NCBI GenBank assembly: GCA_035221665.1
Contig: CM069145.1
Coordinates: forward strand, 13,516,001-13,580,000
Direction: 5' to 3'
DNA: 64,000 bases
Origin: Okamejei kenojei
Lineage: Eukaryota
Shown one piece after another: positions 10,242 to 21,587 of the stretch. The notes below the pieces were generated by a model. The model saw only the letters and a program-made list of their open reading frames with translations. It was not told the origin of the DNA and did not search any database. The stretch's first letter is position 1; the number at the start of each line of letters is the position of its first letter. A program made the position numbers and the translations under genes.

Positions 10242-10488
10242 AGCAACTGCAGGTTCTGGTTTACACCAAAGATAGATGCAAAATGCTGGAGTAACTCAGC
10301 GGGTCAGGTAGCATCACCGGAGAAAAGGAATAGGTGACATTTCGAGTCAAGACCCTTCTTCAGACTCGAATGGTGGTGCTACGGACACATGAACTCTGAA
10401 GAAGGGACTCGATTAGAAACATCACCATTCTTTTACTCCAGAGATGCTGCCTGGCCCACTGAGTTATTCCAGCATTTTGTGTCTACCC
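10242..10488. mobile_element. Inverted pair of Penelope-derived hammerhead modules
   Basis: Arms 10270-10365 and 10394-10488 are reverse complements. Cores at 10336-10363 (-) and 10396-10423 (+). Confidence 0.75.
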
Positions 10489-10829
10489 TTGGGATCATGA
10501 ATGGCTTACACCCTCTTCTACTAATAAGGTCAATATGGAAATTGCATAAAGTGCCAGAGGTGTGGTCTTGGTGGCTAACAGGATGGGAGGCTAGGTGGGC
10601 TATTCGTGTGGTGGTCTACTGACATCTAGACTCAAGGTTCTCAATACCATTCTGAAAGCTCCTACAGCAGTCATGAACCAGAAATTCTCAGGTGTCAGTA
10701 CATTTTTTCAAGGAGCTTTGAGCACCTCCTTGAAACTTTCTCTCTGTCCATCGAATAGTCTCTTCCCATGACAGCGCTTGAATTTCCATTTCCAGGTCCA
10801 GGGTCAGACATTCGTATAAAGCTGGAACA

Positions 10830-11100
10830 CATGAAACTGCAGATGCTGGCTTAAAAAATAGACACAAAGAGCGGCAGTAATTCAGCATATCAGGAACGTC
10901 TCTGAAGAACATGGATAGGTGACATTTCCAAACAGGAACCTTCTTCAGACCGATTGGAATAGTGGGGGAGAAAGCTGGAAGAGAGGTGAGTGCAAGACAA
11001 AGTCTGGCAAATGATAGATGGGTACAGGTGAGTGGGGTTTCCAAACGGTAGGTGGTTAGACAAAGGCCAGAGACGAAAAGCCATAAGGATAAAAAGACAT
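10830..11100 (-). mobile_element. Penelope-derived short repeat with degenerate hammerhead core
   Basis: aactgcagatgctgg...gacacaaa...ggtgacatttcc..ccttcttcagac; same module as 10242-10365. Confidence 0.65.
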
Positions 11101-11253
11101 CTGAACAAAGTGGCCTTCTCACCATATCCACACCACCTGGAGTGTAACTAGGGCTTCAGTATTGGTGCATATGCTTGTAAAATTTACTTCAAATTTAATT
11201 AGACAGCAAAGTCACGTTGACCTTTACAATCGAATTAATGCTTATGTCCCATC

Positions 11254-11547
11254 GGCATGGCACGGTGGTGCAGCTGTAAAGTTGCTGCCTTACAGACCCG
11301 GGTTCGATTCTGTATGGAGTTTGTACTTTCTCCCTGTGACCTGTGTGAGTTTTCGCCAAGATCTTCGGCTTCCTCCCACACTCCAAAGACGTACAGGTTG
11401 GCAGGTTAATTGGCTTGGGATAAATGTAAAATTGTCCCTAGTGTGTGTAGGATAGTGTTAATGTGCGGGGATCGCCGGTGGGTGCAGCCTTTGTGGGCCG
11501 AATGGCCTGTTTCCGCGCTGTATCTTTAAACAAAACTAAGCTAAAAA
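11254..11547 (+). mobile_element. HE1/V-SINE-like tRNA-derived SINE
   Basis: A-box-like ggtggtgcagctg, B-box ggttcgattc, central domain (ggagtttgtactttctccc...ttcctcccacactccaaagacgt), CR1-like tail gggccgaatggcctgtttcc and a (taaac)-type end. Confidence 0.88.
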
Positions 11548-12739
11548 ACTATCCTGAAATTTAATCTGATAAATTCTTGATTCCAGTGTGTGGATTGCTG
11601 CAACTGGGCAATCTAGGGAATCAGTGTTGAGACCACTACATATGTGATATGTTCATGGCCTGGGGTTGGGTGTAAGAGGGACAATTTCAAAATTTACAGG
11701 GGACACATACCTTCAAATCAGATAGAAAATAGTGAGGAGAACAATTCAAATGTAAATCGTTCGGGTAATGTTGTCAAAGCTGCCTCGGCCAATATTCATT
11801 GCCTACAATTTGTTTTCCTGGAGAGAGCAACGATTTTGAACTCTTAACGTTTATTTTGTGGGTGAATGAATGGTATTATTGTGTAGAGATTTGCAAGATT
11901 TAGACCTAGTGAGGTTAGAGGAACTATTTGCAAGACTTGGTCAGGAAGCCTGCAGATGCTGGAGGCCCCATGACTCTGCTTCTCCTGGCAGCTGTAGTTG
12001 TAGATTCAGAGTGCTCTGTCACAATTGTCCAATGCAAGCAATAGTATGCATTTTGGAGATGATACAAAACGTAGCGATAAGAGATTTCACGAGGACATAC
12101 AAAGGTTAAGAGAACACGTGGAAATATGGCCATTTTAAAGCAGAAAAGTACCATGTGGTATCTTTTTGGAGAAGCGAAAGCTTAAATGAAGGGTTAAACA
12201 ACTGGTAAAATGTTTTAAATGTCTAATTCAACGTGTCCCTGCTGTTCCTTTGGTACATTGTTGTTGTAATTGTACACTTGTACAGACTGTTATCATTGTT
12301 AGGAATGTAAAGTATAACAAAGTGTATTAGCTCTGAAATAAAGGGCCGTAAGGTTAAAAACAGAAGTACGACGGTCAGTCAAACCAGAAATCATGCGAAC
12401 TGCAAAGAATGTACCACAACATAATTACGTTTGAAACCTGCAAAACGTGAAAGTCAAGGCACTAACAAAAAATGCAGTGTAATTTGAAATGGACAGATGA
12501 TCTGGGATTGAACAAGTATATGCTGTCTACCAGGAGAATGTTAACGAAATGAAGCTCTTGAAACAAGTAAATTAGGCCCATGCCAAGAACACAGTGTAAG
12601 AGGTGGTTCAAGTGTGTAGGAAGGAACAGCTGATGCTGAAGAAGGGTCTCAACGTGAAATGTCACCCATTCCTGTCCCGCTGAGTTACTCCGGTCTATCT
12701 TTGAAGGTAATTCAAAAAAGATCATGCTGCTGAGGTTAA

Positions 12740-13080
12740 TGCCATTTATTGCAGAATTCTAGACAATTAGTTCAAGGATATCATTCCGAATGAAAGGGAA
12801 GGTGTTTGACCTATACCAACTGCATTGCAGAATAAATGTGACCCTAAGCTCAGCAGCTGAGCAGCTGTCTGCCGATGATCTTGAGTTTGTACATGCTCAG
12901 AGACCAAGCCCCACAGCCAATGTCAGTGCCTTCGTGGAAACATGTGAGTGGACAAACCTTACCTTCAATATCTGCAAGAAAAAAGACCACTGGTAATTCA
13001 CGGCTGTTGCACCTTTATGCCCTCTGACAACGAAGGTTAAGCGACAACTGTACCTCAGCCACCACGGACACTGGAAAAAT
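12740..13080 (+). mobile_element. RTE-clade LINE RT fragment
   Basis: GKVFDLYQLHCRINVT..EQLSADD..VSAFVETCEWTNLTFNICK resembles RTE GKLFNLRRL..ELQYADD..F..A.E..GLT.N..KT. Confidence 0.75.
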
Positions 13081-13125
13081 ACCAATGCTCTCTCTACAAA
13101 AACTACTGGAAAGATAAATTAAAAG

Positions 13126-14307
13126 TTTGGACCACTTTGAAACTATACAATTCTAAAGTGGATGGGCTTGTATTGTGATGGGCTTGTATTTTCCACTTTG
13201 AAATCATCTTTGCCTTTCCTTATTTAATATTTATTTATATGGGATTGCCAACATGCTTTTCCACTAATATAAATACTGATACATAGAAAATAGGTGTAGG
13301 AGGAGGCCATTTGGCAGGTTTCTCAGACAATCAAACAGTTCCACACAAAAAAAAATTGAGACGGACAAGACATATATCTGCAAAAACAGTGTATCTTCAT
13401 CAATGCCTTCTTAAATTCTGCGATTTATTTTGTCTCAAGTATAACATTTTGCTTAGAATGTGTGAAGCAACTGCTTAGATCTTAACACCAAACCAAATGC
13501 TGAATATACTGGTTGAAGTACAGAAGGTTGCAATTTCTCAGCTGAACATCTTAATATCCTTTGATGTTAGACTTTTGATCAAGACCAAAGGATGGTCAAA
13601 TTGTGGAGTCTCATGATAATAGTGCGAATTATCTGAACATTTCAACAACATGTGGAAATATAATGACCCTTCTATCTGCTAATTTTACATTTACTTATGT
13701 AACTCATTTCATCTTACGCACCAGATCAAGGGTCTTCTGAACTGCTATATCTCATCCATGTTGAGCTGATATTCCATTCCCCCATTACAATTAATTCACT
13801 TTTTCGTGATATTTGCTTAAATTATTCAAAGTGGTGGAAAAAGTAAAATCCTGGTAACCCAGTAATTGATTTAATCTCCGATTGGAATTTTTTAACGTCG
13901 TTTCCACACCATTCGCTGCATTCATTCAAGATCAATAAATTCTTCCTAACTTACAGAATCACTAGATTCTTGGTCTACCCTACCTAACAAGGGCTTTGTA
14001 TTTCTGTAGTACAACTTCCACCAGCTTGTCCTGCTGCCTCCTTGATGTAAAGGTCAGAATCCATTGACCTTTTCATTATTTTCTGTATATTTGACAGGTT
14101 TCTCCGAGTCTCCCTGGGTTTTATCTTTCTATTTTTGGACCACTTTGAAACTATGCAATTCTAAAGTGGATGGGCTTGTATTTTCCACTTTGAAATCATC
14201 TTTGCCTTTCCTTATTTAATATTCATTTATATGGGATTGCCAAGATGCTTTTCCACTAATATAAATACTGATACAAAGAAAATAAGTGCAGGAGGAGGCC
14301 ATTTGGC
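13126..14307 (+). repeat. Direct repeat pair of about 175-190 bp (13126-13315 and 14134-14307)
   Basis: tttggaccactttgaaacta...ggaggaggccatttggc occurs twice with few substitutions. The first copy carries an internal duplication of gatgggcttgtatt. Confidence 0.9.
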
Positions 14308-14375
14308 CCTTCAAGACTGCACTATATGATACAAAATAACATTTCTTCATGTTACCCATTTCCTTATTTGCCTTA

Positions 14376-14728
14376 AACGCCTGTCCCACTGTGGCGACCT
14401 TTCAGCGACTGTCTTCGACCTTCAAGCTCGAGGGCACTCGCCTGAAAAACCTCGAGCTGGATCGACCGTCAGTGATGAAACCGCAAGCTGGATTGACTAA
14501 CTGCTTATACACACACACACATCGCAAAGGCGGGGAACAATGAAAGCGGGGGAGCGCTGTCTGAATTCACGCCCGCAATGAACAGAAAGGTAAAAGACGG
14601 CTGCACAGTGTACGGTAAGTCCTTTAGAGCGCGGAGGTGGGGGGGGGGGGGGGGGGGGGGAAGAGAGAAGGGGGGGGGGGGGGGGGGAGAGAAGGGGGGG
14701 GAGAGAGAAGTGGGTGGGGAGAGAAACA
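14376..14728 (+). mobile_element. Probable Harbinger-type MITE fragment (one end)
   Basis: cctgtcccactgtggcgacct resembles the TIR of the MITE at 8230. No partner TIR found. Confidence 0.45.
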
Positions 14729-14729
14729 A

Positions 14730-15822
14730 GCTCTGAGGAAATGCAGCTGTAATTGCACATAAAGAAGGCGTATACATGGCAGCAGTCACAATTTTTGTAG
14801 TTGTTTTGGACTTGCATACTCTAGAATAATGTCCCTTCTTGCCACAACTATTACAAGTTGCCTCTCGAGCAGGGCATATCTCTCTCATGAATATTACCCC
14901 CGCAAAAATAACAGTTCCTTTTTGAATAATTATATGCTGCAGCAAGGGCACCTTTATCCGTAGAGATTGTTTCAGCTTGCTCCATATTTGTACTTGGGTG
15001 AAATTTGTTTGTAGTAATTGCAGCAGAATACACATTAGATGAGCCATAAGCATCTGAATTTTTCTGAGCCAAGTCCAAAGAGTAAGCTTGATTGTAAGCT
15101 GACTGTAAATCCAAGGTTTTGTGTTCTAATAGTCTGTCGTATTAAAGGCGATGCCAAACCATTGATAAAAGAGTCTCGAATAACTTCCTGTCGATATTGA
15201 TCAGCCGTAACTGCTTTGAAGGCACAGTCTTTACTAAGTCTTTGAAGTTCTTGTAAAAATTCATCAAGTGACTCACCAGGTTTTTGTTTCTGAGTAGCAA
15301 GGAGGTGTCGAGCGAATATCACGTGGGTGTCTTAACGAAGAGTCTGCTTAGTACATCAATAGCAGAATCATAAGTTGTACATTCCTCTATGTACTCGTAT
15401 ACATCAGAAGAGACGAAGCTTATTAATGTCTTAAGCCTGTCTGGTGCATCGTTGCCACACTGCTCAAAGATGTTATTTAGTATACGAAGCCAGTGCTTCC
15501 AATTCTTTGCAGCAGCAGGTGAGTTGGGATCCAGATCCAAGCGTTGGGGTTTCAATAGTTTCTCCATCCCAAGTCGGACAGTTTGACTTGTAAGATAAGT
15601 TGCTTAAATTGTTGTGAGGTAAATGAAACTTTCACTACTTGTAATTTACTTAACTTTATTTAAGCTTTAAGCAACTTATTTCTTTAATACATTACTCAGA
15701 AACGTCTGGCAAGCATGGCTGATTCCGCAGGCCTTTCCCGCCCGAAATACTTTGCACATGCGCACACTCCGGGAATGTCCTGCGCATGCGCACACTCTAG
15801 AAGAACCCTGCACATGCGCACA
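14730..15822 (-). mobile_element. Ty3/Gypsy LTR retrotransposon fragment: 5' LTR (about 15610-15822) and frameshifted gag
   Basis: ORFs 15319-15567, 15035-15322, 14851-15114 and 14505-15053 join into a gag (WKHW...RHLLATQKQKPGESLDEFLQELQRLSKDC...IRDSFINGL) with two zinc knuckles (CYFCGGNIH..C; CNSCGKKGHYSRVC). The LTR ends ...CAACA at 15610 and has AATAAA at 15655-15660 (-). Confidence 0.85.
15781..15792. promoter_or_regulatory. NRF1-type palindrome TGCGCATGCGCA in the LTR, with two near-copies at about 15753 and 15809
   Basis: Exact match to the NRF1 consensus. Function not shown. Confidence 0.35.
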
Positions 15823-16367
15823 TTTCAGTCCATGATCCCCCACCTCACCTGATTCCACACACCAGCTCCTCTTGCACCTCTTTATACTGGCTATCTTTAC
15901 ACTCTCAGTCCTGCTGCTGGGTCTCAACCTGAAAAGTTGACCAGCAAATTGTCTTCACTAGTGCTGCTTAACCTGCCGAGTTCCTCCAGCAGTTTGTCGT
16001 TTGCCCCAGATTCCAACATCAGCAATCTCTTGTGGCTCTGATTCTTTGTCCCCCATTAACCAGCAAGACTAATCCTTCATCTTTATTATTTTTGCTTTTC
16101 TGTAGATATTATACTCATATTTTGAATCCATTCCTGACAATCCATTATTTATCCACTTATAATGTGTATTATTGAGCATGTATTATTTATATATCTATTA
16201 CTCAGGCTTGGCTACATGTCATACCTTCCAAGCCAAATTTATATCAGCAACATACTCAGTGTACTTTCACTCTATTCGTCTACATTAAGAACAGTTATCG
16301 GGCCACAGACATTATTCCAACATCTTGCTTTGACATTTAACTTGCAGCTTCCTTTTCTTTTGTGTGC

Positions 16368-16722
16368 GGGAAGGAACTGCAGATGCTGGTTTACACTGAA
16401 GATAGACAGCAGGACTGGAGGAGAGAGATAGATCTAGATAGATAGGTAGATAGATACCTTCTATAACTATATATTAAGGGTCACAACCCGAAACATCACC
16501 CTTTCTTTCTCTCTAGAGATGCTGCCTATCCCGCTGAGTTACTCCAGCATTTTGTGTCTATCTTTGATTTAAACCAGCATCGGCAGTTCCTTCCTACATT
16601 AGATACAGTCGATAGATGGATAAATAAACAGGAGTAACTCAGCGGGACAGGCAGCATCTCCATTCCTTCTCTCCAGAGATGCTGCCTGTCCCTCTGAGTT
16701 ACTGCAACATTTTGTGTCTATC
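16368..16722. mobile_element. Cluster of rearranged Penelope-derived terminal modules with a (GATA)n tract
   Basis: Alternating orientations of aaggaactgcagatgctgg / gatgctgcct..ctgagttactccagcattttgtgtcta. Partial core aagggtcacaacccgaaacatc at about 16476-16497. Confidence 0.65.
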
Positions 16723-16909
16723 TTCCTTTTTTTTTGCTGTTTGGCTCACCTGCATTCCATTTTGCACTTATCCCTTCACCCTTGCTGCCTGTTGCAGCTT
16801 TACATTCAATGATTGCTTTATTATCTGTGTACCAAGTACAGCAAGAGTCTTTATTTGTCTATGGATCAGTAAGACTATTGCCATACCTTTTGCTTCCTTT
16901 AGATCTATT

Positions 16910-17401
16910 CTAGACTAAATGGGACACATTGGGTCCCAGCTTCACACGGGAGGGCTGGTCCCCCAATGCAATATTCCACCTCTCCACCAATTCCATTATT
17001 GCTGGCCAGTGGGGGAAGGAGGGGGGGGGGGGGGGGTACTTTCTGGAGCGCTAGCATGGTGTTGTGGGCCGAAGGGACTGGTTTCCAGAGGGCTAGAATG
17101 GACATTGTGGGCCGAATGGATTATTGGGCTGGCAGCTCAGTCACTGAGACCACACAAGGACTTGCAGACTGAGTCACGTCCAGACATCTGGGGTTTTATA
17201 GTCCTGTCCCCCACCCCCGGAAGGGTGATTGGCAGGCGAGAAGATCTCAAGGTTATTTTAAACACTCATAACTTTTCTATTTTTCATCCTCAGGGCCTGC
17301 TCAGCGGAGGACTGTGAGTAAGATGGCCAAAAATCATAGCGATATATGGTAGCGTTTTTTCTAAAATCAATATACAGCGCAGACAGGAAGTGGTATATAG
17401 A
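16910..17401 (-). mobile_element. Possible non-autonomous Helitron-like element
   Basis: The minus strand starts A|TCTATATA (17401) and ends with a hairpin (tgggac/gtccca, 16920-16938) plus CTAG (16910-16913). 17300-17345 is homologous, inverted, to 30200-30240. The 3' flank is A rather than T. Confidence 0.4.
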
Positions 17402-17812
17402 TATTATTCTACCTTTTCCCACCCAAGCCTTATGACCATTTACTGCTTTAAAAATCCTTGAAAATGCCTTATTAATCCTTATTGCTTAAATGCTGATCCC
17501 AGCCTGATCAACAATCAATATCAATATTAGTTCCTACCTGTCCCCATACCACAATCTCACAAAATAGTTCACATCTTTCCCAGGGCACTTTTTACAAATC
17601 CATACCCATGTTAAGTTGAAGTTCTGTTTTAAAAAAATAATAATTAAGCTCTTGGCCATTTCAATGTTCCAATTAACATCACCCGTCCACTTGTATGCTG
17701 TTGATTGAAATACAAACCACAATGGTATTCATTAAGATGGATACAAATAATTTCCCCAAGCACCAGATTGTCATCTTAGCTTAGATTCATTTATCGTCAT
17801 GTATGTCCGGGT

Positions 17813-18230
17813 CAGGGCTGTGGAGTCGATACCCGACTCCTTGATTTCTTGTGTATCCGACTCCAACCCCAGCCCCTAGGTATAATAATAATTCTAAATC
17901 TGTTATGATGACATTACACAAGATGGCATTTCATAAGAACTACATGAATCATCAGGCTACCAATGTCCTTAAAGTTTTGAGTCTAATGGTTGTAGCTATG
18001 CTATTGTGGCTTTTTTTTAAAAAATTATTCTTGATATTCATTATGCTAAAAGAAAATAAATTACATATAGGACTATGACAAAATTAAAATTCCAGTGAAT
18101 TAAATAAAAATTATAAAAGCATTACTCCAAAATTTATTAAACTAAGGCAGGGGCCTCCAAACTTTTCAGCATGAGAGCCACATTATATATTTGACACAGT
18201 TTTGCGGGCGGTCGGAAAAAATAAAGAAAT
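17813..18230 (+). mobile_element. hAT-like DNA transposon ends (two fragments)
   Basis: CAGGGCTGTGGAGTCG..ccgactcc at 17813 and CAGGGGCCTCCAAACTTTT at 18148 resemble hAT/Charlie-type termini. Confidence 0.45.
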
Positions 18231-18231
18231 G

Positions 18232-18460
18232 TCACACACACACACCAACTGACACACCAACTGACACATACACATAATGACACACACACAGAAGCACACA
18301 CACACTGACACACACACACACACAGTGACATACACACATACTGACACACACAGTGACACACACACAGACACACGCGGCGACATACATACTCGCACACGTG
18401 GACTCCCACATACCGAAATCCACACAGACATAAAGACCCGCACACATACACACACACACA
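18232..18460. repeat. Imperfect (CA)n microsatellite followed by a GA-rich tract to about 18620
   Basis: Directly visible. Confidence 0.95.
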
Positions 18461-18959
18461 GAACCAGCTACCGATCCGTCGATCTCTGCAGGGCTGGCGA
18501 GAGGGGGGTGGGGGAGATGGAGAGGGGGGAGGGGGGAGATGAGAGAGCGAGAGGGGGACGTGAAAAGGGGGAGAGAGAGGAGAGAGGGGAGGAAGAGGGG
18601 GGAGGGGAAGGAGGAGGGCAGGGCTGGCCTTAGGAGGTGCTGGGCCCAATTGGGAACAATTTTCATAGAAATATAAATATATGACAGTCAGTCGCCTTAA
18701 AAAAAAATCTTAAACTGCGCATGCGCAGATTGTTATTCTCTCCGTAAAAATATAAAAATAAAAATAAATAAAGAAACAATTCAATTTGCCCAAGGCTTCT
18801 AAATGTCCTTCTTTCTGAATTACTGAATGGGCGGGGGGGTGGAGGGTGACGGCAGATGGAAAGATGGTGGGAAAAACGGAAGCACACCGGGACAAGTTGA
18901 GTCAGTTGCCATCTTATTGAATTACTATACTAGATCATGGGACCAATTGGGGGGGAGAG

Positions 18960-19521
18960 TTCCTATCACAGCGTGTGGGGAGTCTAGCCACGGGTAAAGT
19001 TGCGGGGAGGGCAGGAGCGTTGAGAAGGAGGGGGTCGGGGATCATGCCAGTAACCCACTCACTCACCGCTGCCGCGGCGCTCTGGGCGTGGAGCCACAGC
19101 ATTGTGGCCGGGGAGGGAAGCAGCACGCGTGGCTACGAGCTGCCGCCATCACTGGACAGCAGAACCGACTGCCATCTCAGCGCCTTCTGCCGGCCCGCTC
19201 ACCTCTGGCAGTGCTCTCCGTCTGAACAGTGAGGGGACCAGCTCAAGAGCAAAGTTCATAGAGCGGAGTGGGTCAGCGGGTGATGGATAACATCACAGCA
19301 GGCGGTGGAGCTTACTCCTGTGTCAGCGTAATCAAGCGACCAATTGAGGTTTCTCGCCCTGACATATGGAGTAAGCTCTACCGCTCACTGTCCTGTTATC
19401 CATCGCCCACAGACCCGCTCGAGCTGGAAGCTGGCATGATCCCCGACCCCCTCCTTCTCAACACTCCTGCCCTCCCCGCAACTTTACCCCTGGCCAGACT
19501 ACCCACATGCTGTGAAAGGAA
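18960..19521. repeat. About 90-bp inverted repeat (18960-19050 / 19431-19521), foldback-like element
   Basis: gggtaaagttgcggggagggcaggagcgttgagaaggagggggtcggggatcatgccag pairs with ctggcatgatccccgaccccctccttctcaacactcctgccctccccgcaactttaccc. A second inner IR lies at 19304-19318 / 19368-19382. Confidence 0.85.
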
Positions 19522-20669
19522 TTGTCCTTTTACAGCCGTTTCCCACTTTACAGCCGCTTCCCATCAGCTGTTAGCAATGAGGGATAGACTTGGCAATCCC
19601 TCAGTACAGCAACATTGTTCTTGATGTTGCTGTACTGAGGGATAACAAAGTCTATCTTTCTTGGCGAACAACCTAACCTTCAGCCTCCAAGATCCAGGTA
19701 CATTTTTTAGCAATGTTACAAAATTTTGAGATTAAAAAAATCAAGTCTGCAATTTATCCCATCAGATAAAGTATTAAAAAAAGTTTAATTTGACACTTAA
19801 TTCACTTTCATATCTTCAGTATTAAAAATGTTATGGCCATTTTCATACTCGGAAATTAGCTTCTTGTTCCCTATTGCTTTTCCATTGACAACACAAAAGC
19901 TGTGATCGAGGACGGTCAAAAGCCCATCACTTTCTTAAAAATTAAGAGAACAATGAAAGGTTCCGTTATTGTAGATTGAAGCATTCTGAAACAAATATAA
20001 AACATCTTACTTGGGTGACCTGAAATTAAAGCATATAATTAGTTAATTACCTAATTGTAACTAATTACAAAATTGACCATTGTGACGGAAATAGTAATAA
20101 ACACCCAGATTGCCTTGAAAATTCAAAAATGTGATATACTCAAGATCAGAACTTTAATATTATTATATTATATGCTGTTAATCCATAACAGATAGGTAAA
20201 TAAATTACAATCTCTAGCAATAGACCAGGTCTTTATGGAGAAGATCAGTTACTAACTGGTACATTGGCATATCATAATCAGTAGCATCATCATACTCCTC
20301 AGATTGTAACCAATAAGCAAATCTGTACACTTTGTTTTTCCTCAACTTTTCAATTTTGGCATTGTAAACTACAAGTTTTTGCTCTTCAAACCACGCATGA
20401 CATGCCTTTCTGCCCACTACTTTCCCATTAAGAATGTCCTGTAGATTCAATTTCTTAAGAAAAGGATAATTTTTAAAAATAGCCTAAGTATCCAAATAAC
20501 AAACTAATCCCATTCACACAAGAATATAACATGATTTTTTAATCTCACTGTCATGAATTTATATGCCAGATCAGTGATGGAAATGGGCTTTGGGAACAAG
20601 GGGTACGCTAAGGTCCGTGAGGCTGAGGTTGGGAAGGAAGGGGGTGGGGGTGTAGACTCTGAAATTGAA

Positions 20670-20875
20670 GATAGACAAATGCTGGAGTAGCTCAGCAGGA
20701 CAGGCAGCGCAGCGACTCTCCAGAGAAGACCCTTCTTCAGACTGAACTGAACTCTCGTCGGTGAGAGTACTTGTGATTGTCTGAAGAAGGGTCTTGACCA
20801 GAAACGCAACCCTCTCCCCAGAGCCCCTGCCCGTCCCGCTGAGCCACCACGGACAGGGAGTTGAAGGTAGACACA
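20670..20875. mobile_element. Inverted pair of Penelope-derived hammerhead modules
   Basis: gacccttcttcagact (20728-20743) and tctgaagaagggtcttgaccagaaacg (20780-20806), with flanking arms in inverted orientation. Confidence 0.65.
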
Positions 20876-21587
20876 GGTGGAGGTCCACCTTCAACTTCAG
20901 AGCCAAACAAAAAACACAGAGTGCTGGAGGAACTCAGCGGGCAAGGCAGCACCCGCGGAGGGAACATATCATTTATTTTCGCGAGCATTTCTAAACGTAG
21001 TTTCCAGTGACCGTTTGACGAAGTAACTAGCAGTGGCAGTAATACACAACGCACCATGTCTGAGGCAGGGTGTCCAACAGCGGAGGTAATGTTCACCGAA
21101 AACATTTATTATAAACGTGGAAACAACATACAAGGAAGGGTCCAAGGGTCACTCGGCCGAATAACGCTAGGCTACAGATAGACACAAAAAGCTGGAGTAA
21201 CTCAACGGGACAGACAGCATCCCCGGAGTGAAGGAATGGACAACGCTGGGCTACTGCAGCTTTCGGCCTGGTGACTGTTATTAATATTGACCTCGGTCAA
21301 AAAAGCTGAAACAGGGCAGGTGACATATTTTAACTTACTTTAAAATATCCCGTATTGCACTGCACCACGTGCGGACATGGTTCCATGTATCACAGAGAGA
21401 CAAAACCACTGGAGATTTTATTATTATTTATTATTGAGTCTTGTGCTAATATTTCTAATAACATAACAAATACAAGAAATGTATGCCAAGGCAAGCCCAT
21501 TGCGGCAGCCCATTGTTCGAACACTTACGGCAACTGTCAAATGCACCACTCTCCTTCAACTAGCACCCTGCCTCAACAGTCTATTTT

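Noticed and set aside
11254-11330. tRNA gene (A/B boxes)
   Set aside because: It is the tRNA-derived head of a SINE, with no complete cloverleaf, and continues into the SINE body and LINE-like tail.
18137-18666. Several Cys/Val- or His/Thr-rich ORFs
   Set aside because: Translations of the (CA)n and GA-rich simple repeats.
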